From assembly GCA_964396055.1 (NCBI GenBank), contig CAYNDV010000005.1, forward strand, positions 772 to 64,771: a stretch of DNA of 64,000 bases, read 5' to 3'. The notes beneath the pieces were generated by a model. It was not told where the DNA came from. It did no database searches and saw nothing but the letters and a program-made list of their open reading frames with translations. Position numbers and translations under genes: made by a program. Position 1 is the stretch's first letter, and every line of letters begins with the position of its first letter. Shown in pieces: positions 53,807-62,840 of the stretch. This stretch comes from an uncultured Vicinamibacterales bacterium (lineage in GTDB: Bacteria; Acidobacteriota; Vicinamibacteria; Vicinamibacterales; JAKQTR01).

Positions 53807-55060
53807 ATGGGTCAGCCACCACTGAGATTTGGACTTGTGGGCGCCGGGTTCATCGCGAAGTTCCAGCTGGCCGCCCTGCGGCAACTGCGCGGCATCGACG
53901 TCAGCGGCGTCGTCGCCCCGAAGGGCGCGGAGGAGCTGGCCGCGCAGTCCAGGCAGTGGGGCACCGGCGACACGATCGTCTACCCCACCATCGCCGAGAT
54001 GACGAAGCACGTGGACGTCATCGCCGTCTTCGCACCCAACTTCGCCCGCGTCGAGATCGTCGAAGCCATCGTCGACGCGGTGAAGGCCGGCGCCGCCCTG
54101 AAGGGTCTCATCTGCGAGAAGCCCCTCGGCCGGAACGTGCGAGAAGCCCGGCGCCTCGTGGATCTGGCGGGTTCGACGGGCCTGCCCACGGCGTACTTCG
54201 AGAACCAGCTCTTCATGAAGGCCATCCGCGCCCAGCTCGCGCAGCTCGAACAGGTGCGCCGCCAGATGGGCCCGATGACGCTCGTGCGCTCCGCCGAGGA
54301 ACACGGCGGGCCCCACGAAGGGTGGTTCTGGGATCCCACGCGCCAGGGCGGCGGCGTGCTGTGCGACATGGGCTGCCACAGCATCGCCACGGGCTGGTAC
54401 GCCCTCACGCCCACGGGCAAGCCCCTCACCTTCCTGCAGCCGGTCGAGGTCACAGCCGATCTGGGCCTGCTCAAGTGGGGCCAGCCGGCCTGGCGCGAGA
54501 AGCTGCTGCGCGACCGCGGCGTGGACTACGCCGCGACGCCCGCCGAGGACTTTGCCACGGGCATGGTCACCTATCGCAACCCGGAGACCGGCCAGCGGGT
54601 GAAGGCGCAGTTCACCAACTCCTGGATGTTCGAGAAGCAGGGGCTGCGCGTCCTGATGGACGGGATGGGGCCGGGCTACGCGTTCGAGGTCAACACGCTG
54701 CTGTCGCCGCTCAACATCTTCATCGGCGATGCGGCGGCAGACGCGATCGCCGACGCGGAATCTGCCCTGGAGAAGTCGACGGCGTCGCGGGGACTGCTGG
54801 CGGTGCAGCCGAACGAGCCGGATCTGTACGGCTATCCCGACGAGAACGCCGATGCCCTCGAGGCCTTCACGCAGGGGCGAGACGCGATGCTGCCCTGGAG
54901 ATACGGCCTCGAGATCACCAGGCTCGTCATGGCCGCGTACATGTCGGCCGAACAGCGGCGCGTGGTCGATCTCACCGACCCCGCCACGCGGGCGGCCCTC
55001 GACACGTACGTCCCGCTGATTCAGCAGGGCCGCGGCGCGGATCAACTCTACGGACGGTAG
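53807..55060 (+). CDS. Gfo/Idh/MocA-family oxidoreductase
   Basis: FGLVGAGFIA, CEKPLG, GGGVLCDMGCHS. Confidence 0.9.
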   Translation: MGQPPLRFGLVGAGFIAKFQLAALRQLRGIDVSGVVAPKGAEELAAQSRQWGTGDTIVYPTIAEMTKHVDVIAVFAPNFARVEIVEAIVDAVKAGAALKGLICEKPLGRNVREARRLVDLAGSTGLPTAYFENQLFMKAIRAQLAQLEQVRRQMGPMTLVRSAEEHGGPHEGWFWDPTRQGGGVLCDMGCHSIATGWYALTPTGKPLTFLQPVEVTADLGLLKWGQPAWREKLLRDRGVDYAATPAEDFATGMVTYRNPETGQRVKAQFTNSWMFEKQGLRVLMDGMGPGYAFEVNTLLSPLNIFIGDAAADAIADAESALEKSTASRGLLAVQPNEPDLYGYPDENADALEAFTQGRDAMLPWRYGLEITRLVMAAYMSAEQRRVVDLTDPATRAALDTYVPLIQQGRGADQLYGR

Positions 55061-55064
55061 GGGC

Positions 55065-56564
55065 CTACTTCCTGGGGTGTGACCCGGCTGGGGCCGTCGC
55101 CACGGCCTCGGGGGCTCCGCTCAGTACGAGTTCCTCACCCGGCAGGGCGGGCGGCAGGGCCAGCCGCTTCCGCATCGCCTCGAACTCGATCTGCAGGAGC
55201 GGCGATTTCACCATCCCGGCCGCGAGCTCGTTGACCCGCTTCTGGAGCGCCGCCACCTTCTCGGGGTGCTGGTCGGCCACGTTCGTGCGCTCGGACGGAT
55301 CCTGCGCGATGTTGTAGAGCTCCGGCACCGACGGCAGGGGCGCCCGCCACACCAGCTTCCAGTCGTGCTGCCTGATGCCGGCGCGGAGGCCCTCGAGGTT
55401 GTAGACGACCTCGGTGCGCGGCGACGGCCGCCCGTCGGCGATGGTCGACCACATGTCCAACCCGTCCAGGGGTTTCGCCCGTGCCGTGCGGCCTCCCGCG
55501 AGGCCCACCAGCGTCGGGTACATGTCGACCACGTGCATCATGCCCTCGACCGTGGCGCCGGCCCGCACCCGGCCGGGCCAGTTCACGAGGGCCGGCACGC
55601 GCGTGCCGCCCTCGTAGAGGGACGCCTTGCCGTCGCGGTACGGCCCGTTGTCGCACGGGACCTTGAACGAATTCGGGTCGCCCTCGCCGGCGAACATGGC
55701 GTTGCGGGTGCCCCCGTTGTCGCTCTGGAACACGATCAGCGTGTTACCGCGCAGTCCCTTCCGTTCGAGGGCCGCGATCACCTTGCCAATCGCGTCGTCC
55801 ATCGCCGTGATCGCGGCGGCGTACGCCCGGCGGCTCGGGTCGGCAATGCCGGCGTACCGGTCGAGATACGCCTGCGGCGCCTGGTAGGGCGTGTGCGGGG
55901 CGTTGAACGCCAGGTACAGGTAGAACGGCTTGCCCGGGTTCCTCGACTCGATGTAGCGCACGGCGTCGTCGCCCAGCAGCGTGGTGGAGTACCCGGCCTC
56001 CGTGACGCGTGTGTTGTCCCGGTACCAGTCCACCACGCCGTGCTGTTCGTGGGTGAAGTAGTCGATCTCACCGATGAGCGGCCCGTACTGGTAATCGAAG
56101 CCGCGCTGACGGGGCCAGTACTTCGCGTCCGCGTGGCCGAGGTGCCACTTGCCGACGATCGCGGTGTCGTATCCCGCGTCCTTCAGGGCTTGCGGCAGCA
56201 GCCACTCGTCGGTGGGCAGCCCGTAGGTGTGGCCCGACGGGATGACCAGCGTCTGCAGGCCGTAACGGAACGGGTAGCGGCCGGTCAGGAGCGCCGCCCG
56301 CGTCGGCGTGCACATCGGCTGGGCGTAGAACTGCTCCAGCCGCGTGCCCGTAGCCGCCAGGCGGTCGATCTGCGGCGTGGCGATGTCGCTGCCGTGGTAG
56401 CCCACGTCCTTCCAGCCGAGGTCGTCGGCCACGACGTAGACGATGTTCGGCTGCTGGGCGACGGCGGCCCGGGGCCATCCGAGCCCGAGCGCCAGGGTGA
56501 CGAACGCAGCCATGACGACACACCGGCGGCTGGCGAGACGACGGACGTGGACACTGATAGGCAT
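55065..56564 (-). CDS. Arylsulfatase (Cys-type formylglycine sulfatase), secreted
   Basis: PNIVYVVADDLG, CTPTRAALLTGRY (CxPxR), GKWHLG, SDNGG, KASLYEGGTRVP. Start uncertain (56573, 56564 or 56513). Confidence 0.9.
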   Translation of the reverse strand: MPISVHVRRLASRRCVVMAAFVTLALGLGWPRAAVAQQPNIVYVVADDLGWKDVGYHGSDIATPQIDRLAATGTRLEQFYAQPMCTPTRAALLTGRYPFRYGLQTLVIPSGHTYGLPTDEWLLPQALKDAGYDTAIVGKWHLGHADAKYWPRQRGFDYQYGPLIGEIDYFTHEQHGVVDWYRDNTRVTEAGYSTTLLGDDAVRYIESRNPGKPFYLYLAFNAPHTPYQAPQAYLDRYAGIADPSRRAYAAAITAMDDAIGKVIAALERKGLRGNTLIVFQSDNGGTRNAMFAGEGDPNSFKVPCDNGPYRDGKASLYEGGTRVPALVNWPGRVRAGATVEGMMHVVDMYPTLVGLAGGRTARAKPLDGLDMWSTIADGRPSPRTEVVYNLEGLRAGIRQHDWKLVWRAPLPSVPELYNIAQDPSERTNVADQHPEKVAALQKRVNELAAGMVKSPLLQIEFEAMRKRLALPPALPGEELVLSGAPEAVATAPAGSHPRK

Positions 56565-56644
56565 TCTGATCATCAATGCTACCGGCGCCACGGCAGGAGC
56601 ACTACTGTCCATTCGGACAGGTGGCCGGAACACGGAGCAGACGA

Positions 56645-57319
56645 TCAGGCTGGCTCGTCCGGCGGGGTCTTCGGATGGACGAGCCCGAGGGCGACGGCGT
56701 GCCGGACGAGTTCGGCGCTGGTCTTGAGGCCCAGCTTCTTCATCATGCCGTACTTGTGGAAGGCCACCGTTCGGCGCGTGAGTCCGAGCAGGCCGGCGGC
56801 TTCCGGCATGGAGCGGCCTTCGGCCAGCAACTGCAGCACCTCGCGCTCGCGCAGGCTGAGGGATGGCTGGCCCCTCCGGTCCACGCGGTTCACGAACACT
56901 GCGGCAGGCTCGGTCGTGATGGCTGCCGCGATGTACAGCTGTCCGCGTGCCACGTGTTCCAGCGCCTGGAACAACTCGCGTGCGGCCGCGGACTTGACCA
57001 CGTAGCCGGCGGCGCCGCGGCGAAGGGCTTCGGCGGCCGTGTCGGGGTCCTCGTCCACCGTCAGCACGATGATCCGCGCCCTGGGCAGGTGCTGCCGGAT
57101 GCGCAGGATGGCATCCAGGCCGTTGAGCCCCGGCATGGTGATGTCGGTCACGATGACGTCGGGTTGCAGATCCACGGCAGCCTGGATGAGGGCGCGCCCG
57201 TCGGTGACCGCCCCCACGACATCGAACGCCGGCTGGAGCAGCGACCGGAGCGAGTCGAGGAGAATCGCATGATCGTCGGCGAGCAGTACACGCACCCTGG
57301 TCCCGGGCATCGCACTCAC
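56645..57319 (-). CDS. NarL/LuxR-family response regulator
   Basis: LLADDH, DITMPGLNG, LSLREREVLQLLAEG...TVAFHKYGMMKKLG. Confidence 0.93.
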   Translation of the reverse strand: MSAMPGTRVRVLLADDHAILLDSLRSLLQPAFDVVGAVTDGRALIQAAVDLQPDVIVTDITMPGLNGLDAILRIRQHLPRARIIVLTVDEDPDTAAEALRRGAAGYVVKSAAARELFQALEHVARGQLYIAAAITTEPAAVFVNRVDRRGQPSLSLREREVLQLLAEGRSMPEAAGLLGLTRRTVAFHKYGMMKKLGLKTSAELVRHAVALGLVHPKTPPDEPA

Positions 57320-58773
57320 TCCTGGTTGCGAGCGGCGTCGACGGGCGACTCCGCCTCGTCGATGGGCACGGTGGCCTCAACGCGCGTGCCGCCCCCCTGG
57401 CGCGTCGTCACCGACAGCCGGCCGCCCAGCAGCCTGGCCCGCTCCTCCATGCTCAGCAGGCCGAGACCACGTGTCCGGCTCTCTTCGTCGACATTGAACC
57501 CGCGACCATTGTCCTCCACCACCAGGCGAATGCCGTCCGCGGCTCGGGACAGCGTCACCCGGGCGGACGTCGCCCGGCTGTGGCGCACGACATTGCGGGT
57601 GGCTTCCTGGAGGATGCGGAACAGGCTCACCCCCGCGCGGCCGCGCACGTCATCGGGCAGGCCGTCGGCCACGAAGGTGAACGCCACCCCCGACGTGGCG
57701 CTCATGTCGCGGCACCAGCCCCTGGCCGTGCTGACGAGGCCCAGTTGGTCCAGCTTGGCGGGATGCAGTCGGTACGAGAGCGCGTGCAAGTCGGAGGACA
57801 GGGACTGCACCTCCGACAGGGCGCGCGCCACGCGCGAATCGGCTGTCTCTCCGGACTGTTGCTGCAGCGCGCTCAGGTCGAGAGCCACCACCGCGAGGCG
57901 CTGGCTGTGATCGTCGTGCAGTTCCCGGGCGATCCGCCGGCGTTCGTCCTCCTGGGCGTCAATCAGCCGGCGGCTCAACTGCTGCGACTCGCGAATCACC
58001 TGGCGCATCTGGAGCTCGCGCTCCCGGAGGGCCGCCTCGCTGGCCCGCAGGTCGCGGACCAGGCTCGCCTCACGCAGCACCTTGTTGCCGAGCTCGTACC
58101 CCATCACGAGCAGCGCGGGCCCGAACAGCGGCGCGCCAAATGACGGCGCCCGGTAGAAGCCCCCGTACACCAGGGCCGCCTGCGCGGCGGCCAGCAGGGC
58201 AAAACCTCCGACGGTGCCGCCGAGCGCCGCGGCCTGTCTCTTCGCTTCCCGATCGCCCGTCCGCCACCGCGTCACCGAGGCATCGACGACGAACACCACG
58301 ACCAGCAGGAAGCTGAGATGCACGATCCAGTGCCAGGCGCTGAGCTGCCCGAGGCCGATCGTCACGGTCTCTCCCAGGTAGGAGATCCGGGCAATCCCGG
58401 TCAGGGCGCTGTAGTCGGCGTTGGGCGGGCGCACAAAGTTCACCACGAGGGTGACCAGGTTGATGCCCCACGCGGCGTGCGCCACCCAGGCGCGGCCCGT
58501 GCCGAAGTGGGCGCGGACGAAGGCCAGGATGCCCACCACCATCGCGAAAATCGGCACGTGCACCCATCGCAGGCGCGTGGCAAACACCTCCACCGTCGCC
58601 GCGCGCATCATCCCGAGTTCGAGCAGCGCGAACCCCGCCACGCCGCACGCCAGCACGGCAAAGTACAGGTGTTCCCGGCCGGAGCGGTCCCGCCACCAGA
58701 TGCTGGTGTGAATCATCGCCAGCGTCATGCTGGCGGCGGCCAGGATCCACGAGACGATCGCGATGGGGCTCAT
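57316..58773 (-). CDS. NarX/ComP-type (HisKA_3) membrane sensor kinase
   Basis: ERRRIARELHDD, LFRILQEATRNVVRHS, EDNGRGF, GLGLLSMEER; about 7 N-terminal TM segments; ATG 58773. Confidence 0.9.
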   Translation of the reverse strand: MSPIAIVSWILAAASMTLAMIHTSIWWRDRSGREHLYFAVLACGVAGFALLELGMMRAATVEVFATRLRWVHVPIFAMVVGILAFVRAHFGTGRAWVAHAAWGINLVTLVVNFVRPPNADYSALTGIARISYLGETVTIGLGQLSAWHWIVHLSFLLVVVFVVDASVTRWRTGDREAKRQAAALGGTVGGFALLAAAQAALVYGGFYRAPSFGAPLFGPALLVMGYELGNKVLREASLVRDLRASEAALRERELQMRQVIRESQQLSRRLIDAQEDERRRIARELHDDHSQRLAVVALDLSALQQQSGETADSRVARALSEVQSLSSDLHALSYRLHPAKLDQLGLVSTARGWCRDMSATSGVAFTFVADGLPDDVRGRAGVSLFRILQEATRNVVRHSRATSARVTLSRAADGIRLVVEDNGRGFNVDEESRTRGLGLLSMEERARLLGGRLSVTTRQGGGTRVEATVPIDEAESPVDAARNQE

Positions 58774-58796
58774 GGTCGCTTCCCGCGCAGTACGCG

Positions 58797-61397
58797 TCAG
58801 CGCCTGAGGTGGCGGTCCGCGAAGTCGAGGTACTGCTGCCAGTCGTACGGCGTGATGTCGTGCGTGCCCGTGCGTACGTGGTAACGCACGGTGTCGCCAA
58901 CGGGCCGGTCGGGCGGCGGCATCTCCGTCGTTCCGAGGCCGGTCTTGCCGAACAGTCCGTAGACCTCGCTCACCGCCACGGCCGAGAGGAACTCCCCCCT
59001 CGGATCGGCCCACTGGTCGTCGGTCGCGCTGGCGACATACAGGGGACGCGGCGCGGCGAGCGCGAGCAGCATGTGCGCGTCGAACGGCATCTGGTCTTCG
59101 CGGCCGCTGAAGGTCTTGTAGTTCCCGCAGAACCAGTGCGGGAAGCGGGTGTTGAGGTCGGCCACGGTCTCACCGAAACGCCGCCGGCTGATGGCCGCGC
59201 CGCCTTCGCCCGAGTCGTTGGAGATCACCATGGCAAATCGCGGATCCTGCGCCCCGGCCCACAACGCCGTCTTCCCGAGGCGCGAGTGCCCGACCACGAT
59301 GAGCCGCGACGCATCCACGTCCTTGTCCTGGCTGAGGTAGTCGGCCATCCGGCTCAGCCCCCACGCCCACGCGCCAATCGCGCCCCACTCCTCGTCTGCC
59401 GGCGCGGCCTGACCCGGCCCCAGGAACGGGCGCCTCACGCCCAGGCTCAGGGCACCGGCGTGATCGGGTTCGATGTCGCCGTAGTACACCGTCGCCAGGC
59501 CGTAGCCCCGCGACACGATGGCCTCGACGGGCCAGCGCGACGCCGCGATGCCGCGCGACGTCTCGTCCGCTGGCTTGAGCTCGATCGCCTGGGTCGTGCT
59601 GTTGCGGACCCACGTGCCGGCAAGCCGGATGCCCGGGTCTGTGTGCACGCTCTGGTTCGGCTGGAAGCCGAGTCCGACGAACACGGGAACGGGCTTCGCG
59701 GCCTTCGCCGGCAGGTACAGCAGCAGGTGCAGCGGCCGGCCGGCCGCCGTGATCGTCACCTGCTTCCGGATCGCCTGCCCGCCCAGCGCCAGGCCCTCGT
59801 CCACCTTCACGTACTGCGCCACGCCGGGTTCCCGCGGTGCGCGCCCGAACATCTGCGCCTCGAGCAGGAGGCGGATTTCCTCCCGGCGCGCCGTCCAGTC
59901 TGCCGCCTGCTGTACACGCTCGCCGTTCGACTTCACCAGCAGCGGCGGCAGGGTGTAGGCCGGCACCCTCGATTCATCGTAGTTCGCCGCCGGCGGCTGG
60001 GGCGGCACGATGCGGTCGCCCTCCACCTCCACGACGATGACCGTGCCCATCGGGTCGAGGATGGGCCGCGGCAGGGTGAACGACTTGCGGCCGTTCGTAT
60101 CGGCGATCGGGAGCGCCACGCCTGTCGCCAGGTAGTAGGCACGCTTCACCGTGTTCTGCATGGTCGGCAGTTCGAACGGCACGCGCGGCTCGACGAAGAA
60201 CGTGATGAAGAGCTTGCCGGGCTTCGTCGTGATGCGGTACTCGTCGCGCGGCAGGAACAGGGGTTGGCCGCGGAGGTCTCTGGTGCCCTTCGCGCTCGGT
60301 TCGCCGAGTTCCGCCCCGAACGGCGTCGGCTGCGCGCCGTACACGGCTTCGCCGTTCACCTTCAGCCAGCGTCCTGCCGCGCGCAGGACATCCTGGCTGG
60401 CCTGCGGGATCACGCCGTCCGCCATGGGCCCGACGTTCAGCAGGTAGTTGCCGCCCTTGCTGACGATGTCCACGAGCTTGAAGACGATCTCACCGGGCCG
60501 CTTCCAGTCGACATCGTCCTTCCGGAAGCCCCAGGTGTGGTTGATGGTGGCGGGTGTCTCCCAGGCCACCGTCTGCCGTTCGCCGGGGATGATGTTGTCG
60601 CCGGTGGTGATGTAGTCGCCTTCGGCGCCGAGTCGGCCGTCGATGAGCGTCTGCGGCTGCAGCGACCGCACGAGGTCGGTGAACCGCTGGGCGCGCGCCG
60701 GCGTCATGAGCTGCGGCGTGTCGAACCACACCAGCGCCACCGGCCCGTAGTCCGTCAGCAGCTCGCGGACCTGCGGCTCGGCCTTGTCGCGCAGGTACTG
60801 GTCGAAGTCTTTCTTGTCGTTCGGCGGGAAGTCCCAGTTGTTGCCGGCGCCGTTCGGCTCGTGCCAGTCCTGCGCCTGCGAATAGTAGAACCCCAGCGGC
60901 ATGCGGCGCTTCGCGCAGGCCGCGGCCAGTTCCTTCAGGACGTCGCGCTTGAACGGCGTGGCGTCGACGATGTCGTACGTGCTCACCTTCGAATCGAACA
61001 GGGCGAACCCGTCGTGGTGCTTCGAGGTGATGACGATGTACTTCATGCCCGCGTCCTGGGCGAGCTGGACCCAGGCGTCGGCATCGAACTTCACGGGGTT
61101 GAACTGGGCGGCCAGGGCTTCGTACTCACGGACGGGGATCTTCGCGCGGTTCATGATCCACTCGCCGATGCCCGGCACGCGCACCCCTTTCCACTCGCCG
61201 GCCGGGAGAGCGTAGAGGCCCCAGTGGATGAACAGGCCGTACTTCGCCTCGCGGAACCACGCGAGGCGAGCTTCCTTCTGCGGGTCGGGCTGCGCAGGAC
61301 CGGACGGCGCCGGTGCCTGGGCGCCGCCCGCGGCACTCAGGCCAGCCGCCAGCACGATGGGGAGAACAACCAGGCGGAGACGGTGGGCGATGGTCAT
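58797..61397 (-). CDS. GH29 alpha-L-fucosidase fused to a CE15 (glucuronoyl esterase-type) domain
   Basis: N half: FIHWGLY, ITSKHHDGF, VWFD, NYLLNVGP. C half: NYDESRVPAYTLP, AWAWGLSR, GHSRLGK, SGEGGAA, HWFC, DQWADPRGEF. One frame; signal peptide. Confidence 0.88.
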   Translation of the reverse strand: MTIAHRLRLVVLPIVLAAGLSAAGGAQAPAPSGPAQPDPQKEARLAWFREAKYGLFIHWGLYALPAGEWKGVRVPGIGEWIMNRAKIPVREYEALAAQFNPVKFDADAWVQLAQDAGMKYIVITSKHHDGFALFDSKVSTYDIVDATPFKRDVLKELAAACAKRRMPLGFYYSQAQDWHEPNGAGNNWDFPPNDKKDFDQYLRDKAEPQVRELLTDYGPVALVWFDTPQLMTPARAQRFTDLVRSLQPQTLIDGRLGAEGDYITTGDNIIPGERQTVAWETPATINHTWGFRKDDVDWKRPGEIVFKLVDIVSKGGNYLLNVGPMADGVIPQASQDVLRAAGRWLKVNGEAVYGAQPTPFGAELGEPSAKGTRDLRGQPLFLPRDEYRITTKPGKLFITFFVEPRVPFELPTMQNTVKRAYYLATGVALPIADTNGRKSFTLPRPILDPMGTVIVVEVEGDRIVPPQPPAANYDESRVPAYTLPPLLVKSNGERVQQAADWTARREEIRLLLEAQMFGRAPREPGVAQYVKVDEGLALGGQAIRKQVTITAAGRPLHLLLYLPAKAAKPVPVFVGLGFQPNQSVHTDPGIRLAGTWVRNSTTQAIELKPADETSRGIAASRWPVEAIVSRGYGLATVYYGDIEPDHAGALSLGVRRPFLGPGQAAPADEEWGAIGAWAWGLSRMADYLSQDKDVDASRLIVVGHSRLGKTALWAGAQDPRFAMVISNDSGEGGAAISRRRFGETVADLNTRFPHWFCGNYKTFSGREDQMPFDAHMLLALAAPRPLYVASATDDQWADPRGEFLSAVAVSEVYGLFGKTGLGTTEMPPPDRPVGDTVRYHVRTGTHDITPYDWQQYLDFADRHLRR

Positions 61398-61436
61398 GAC
61401 AGACTCCCGCGGTGCGTAATGCACCGCGATTGTCTG

Positions 61437-62840
61437 TCAGGCGAAGCAACCTGGCAAGCTCCGGTCGAGTCGCGCGGCCGGCGACCCGGGGGCGACGAGC
61501 CGCTCAGGTCGGAGCGCAGCCACCGTCTCAAGGACGCGGTCGATGTCGGCCGGGGCAACGTAGAGGTGCGCCGACAAGCGCACGGGCCGGTTGACGTCCT
61601 GGCCCTGGGCCCGCACGCGGATCTTCCTCGCCCACAGGGCGTCCTGCAGCGCCCGACCCGTGACGCCGTCCACGCTGAACGTCGTGAGCGCGGACATCAG
61701 GCGCCGGTCAGCCGGTGAGGCGAGCCGGGCCCGGGGGATCTGCGCCAGGCCGTCCCGCAGACGGCCGGCCAGCATCAGGTCCCACCGCTCGATGCGCTCG
61801 ATGCCAATGGCCTGGATGAAGTCCAGCGCGGCCAGCAGTCCGTCCACGACCGCCACGCTGCCCGTCCCGTACTGCATGAACCGGAAGGCGCCCGTCTCAT
61901 CGTCATCGAGCCGCCCGCTGGCCAGCGTCACCCAGAGGCGCGGCTGCACGTCGCGACGAATGTAGAGCACGCCCGTGCCCTTCGGCGCCAGCAGCCACTT
62001 GTGGGGGCTCGACACGTAGGCGTCGCAGCCGAGGGTCTTCACGTCGAGCCGGCGCTGCCCGATCACCTGGGCGCCGTCGACGACGGACAGCGCGCCTCGT
62101 TCGCGCGCGAGGGCGCACAGCTCGACGGCTGGCATCAGGATGCCCAGGCCGGAGGTGATGTGGCTGAACATGACGACGCGCGTCCGTGGCGTGATGGCGT
62201 CGGCGAACAACGGCACGATGGCCTCTGGCCCGCCCTGGGCTGCCGGCAGCAGCGGGAGTTCCTTGACGACGATGCCGTGGCGTTTCGCCCGCAGGCGCCA
62301 GCTGCCGATGCCGCCGCTGTGCTCGTGGTCCGTCGTGACGACCTCGTCGCCGGCCTTCAGGTCGAGCCCGTTCGCCACCAGGCTCATGCCGATCGTGGCG
62401 TTCTGCGTGATCGCGATTTCCTCGGCTGGCGCGTTGATGAACGTGCCGATTCTCGACCGGGCCGCCACGAGCTGCTGGTAGCCCGTGAGCGGCTCGCCGT
62501 CGGCCTGGAAGTACGGCCAGTCGGGCAGTTCCCGTTCCAGTTGCTCGAGCCGCCCGGTCATCGCCGAGAGCACGTCGCGCGGCATGGCCCCGAGCGTGCC
62601 GGTGTTGCAATAGGTGACGTCTTCCGGGAACAGGAACCGGCGGCGGGCGGCGGCAAAGACCGCGGCATCCGGCTCGTCGGCCTGGGGCGTGAACGGCCTG
62701 TGCGCACCCGCACTCCCGTCGCCCGTCGTGCAGGGCTTCAGCCCTGCCGGCGTGTCCCCCCACACACGCACGCCAGGCGCGAGAGTCGCGGCGCCGGCCA
62801 GGGCGGATTGCGAAAGGAACCGGCGGCGCGTCTGTCGCAT
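61437..62840 (-). CDS. Tat-exported class V PLP-dependent aminotransferase (IPN epimerase / Cys desulfurase-like)
   Basis: TRRRFL Tat motif; NTGTLG, VDGAQ, SSPHKW (PLP lysine). Confidence 0.85.
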   Translation of the reverse strand: MRQTRRRFLSQSALAGAATLAPGVRVWGDTPAGLKPCTTGDGSAGAHRPFTPQADEPDAAVFAAARRRFLFPEDVTYCNTGTLGAMPRDVLSAMTGRLEQLERELPDWPYFQADGEPLTGYQQLVAARSRIGTFINAPAEEIAITQNATIGMSLVANGLDLKAGDEVVTTDHEHSGGIGSWRLRAKRHGIVVKELPLLPAAQGGPEAIVPLFADAITPRTRVVMFSHITSGLGILMPAVELCALARERGALSVVDGAQVIGQRRLDVKTLGCDAYVSSPHKWLLAPKGTGVLYIRRDVQPRLWVTLASGRLDDDETGAFRFMQYGTGSVAVVDGLLAALDFIQAIGIERIERWDLMLAGRLRDGLAQIPRARLASPADRRLMSALTTFSVDGVTGRALQDALWARKIRVRAQGQDVNRPVRLSAHLYVAPADIDRVLETVAALRPERLVAPGSPAARLDRSLPGCFA

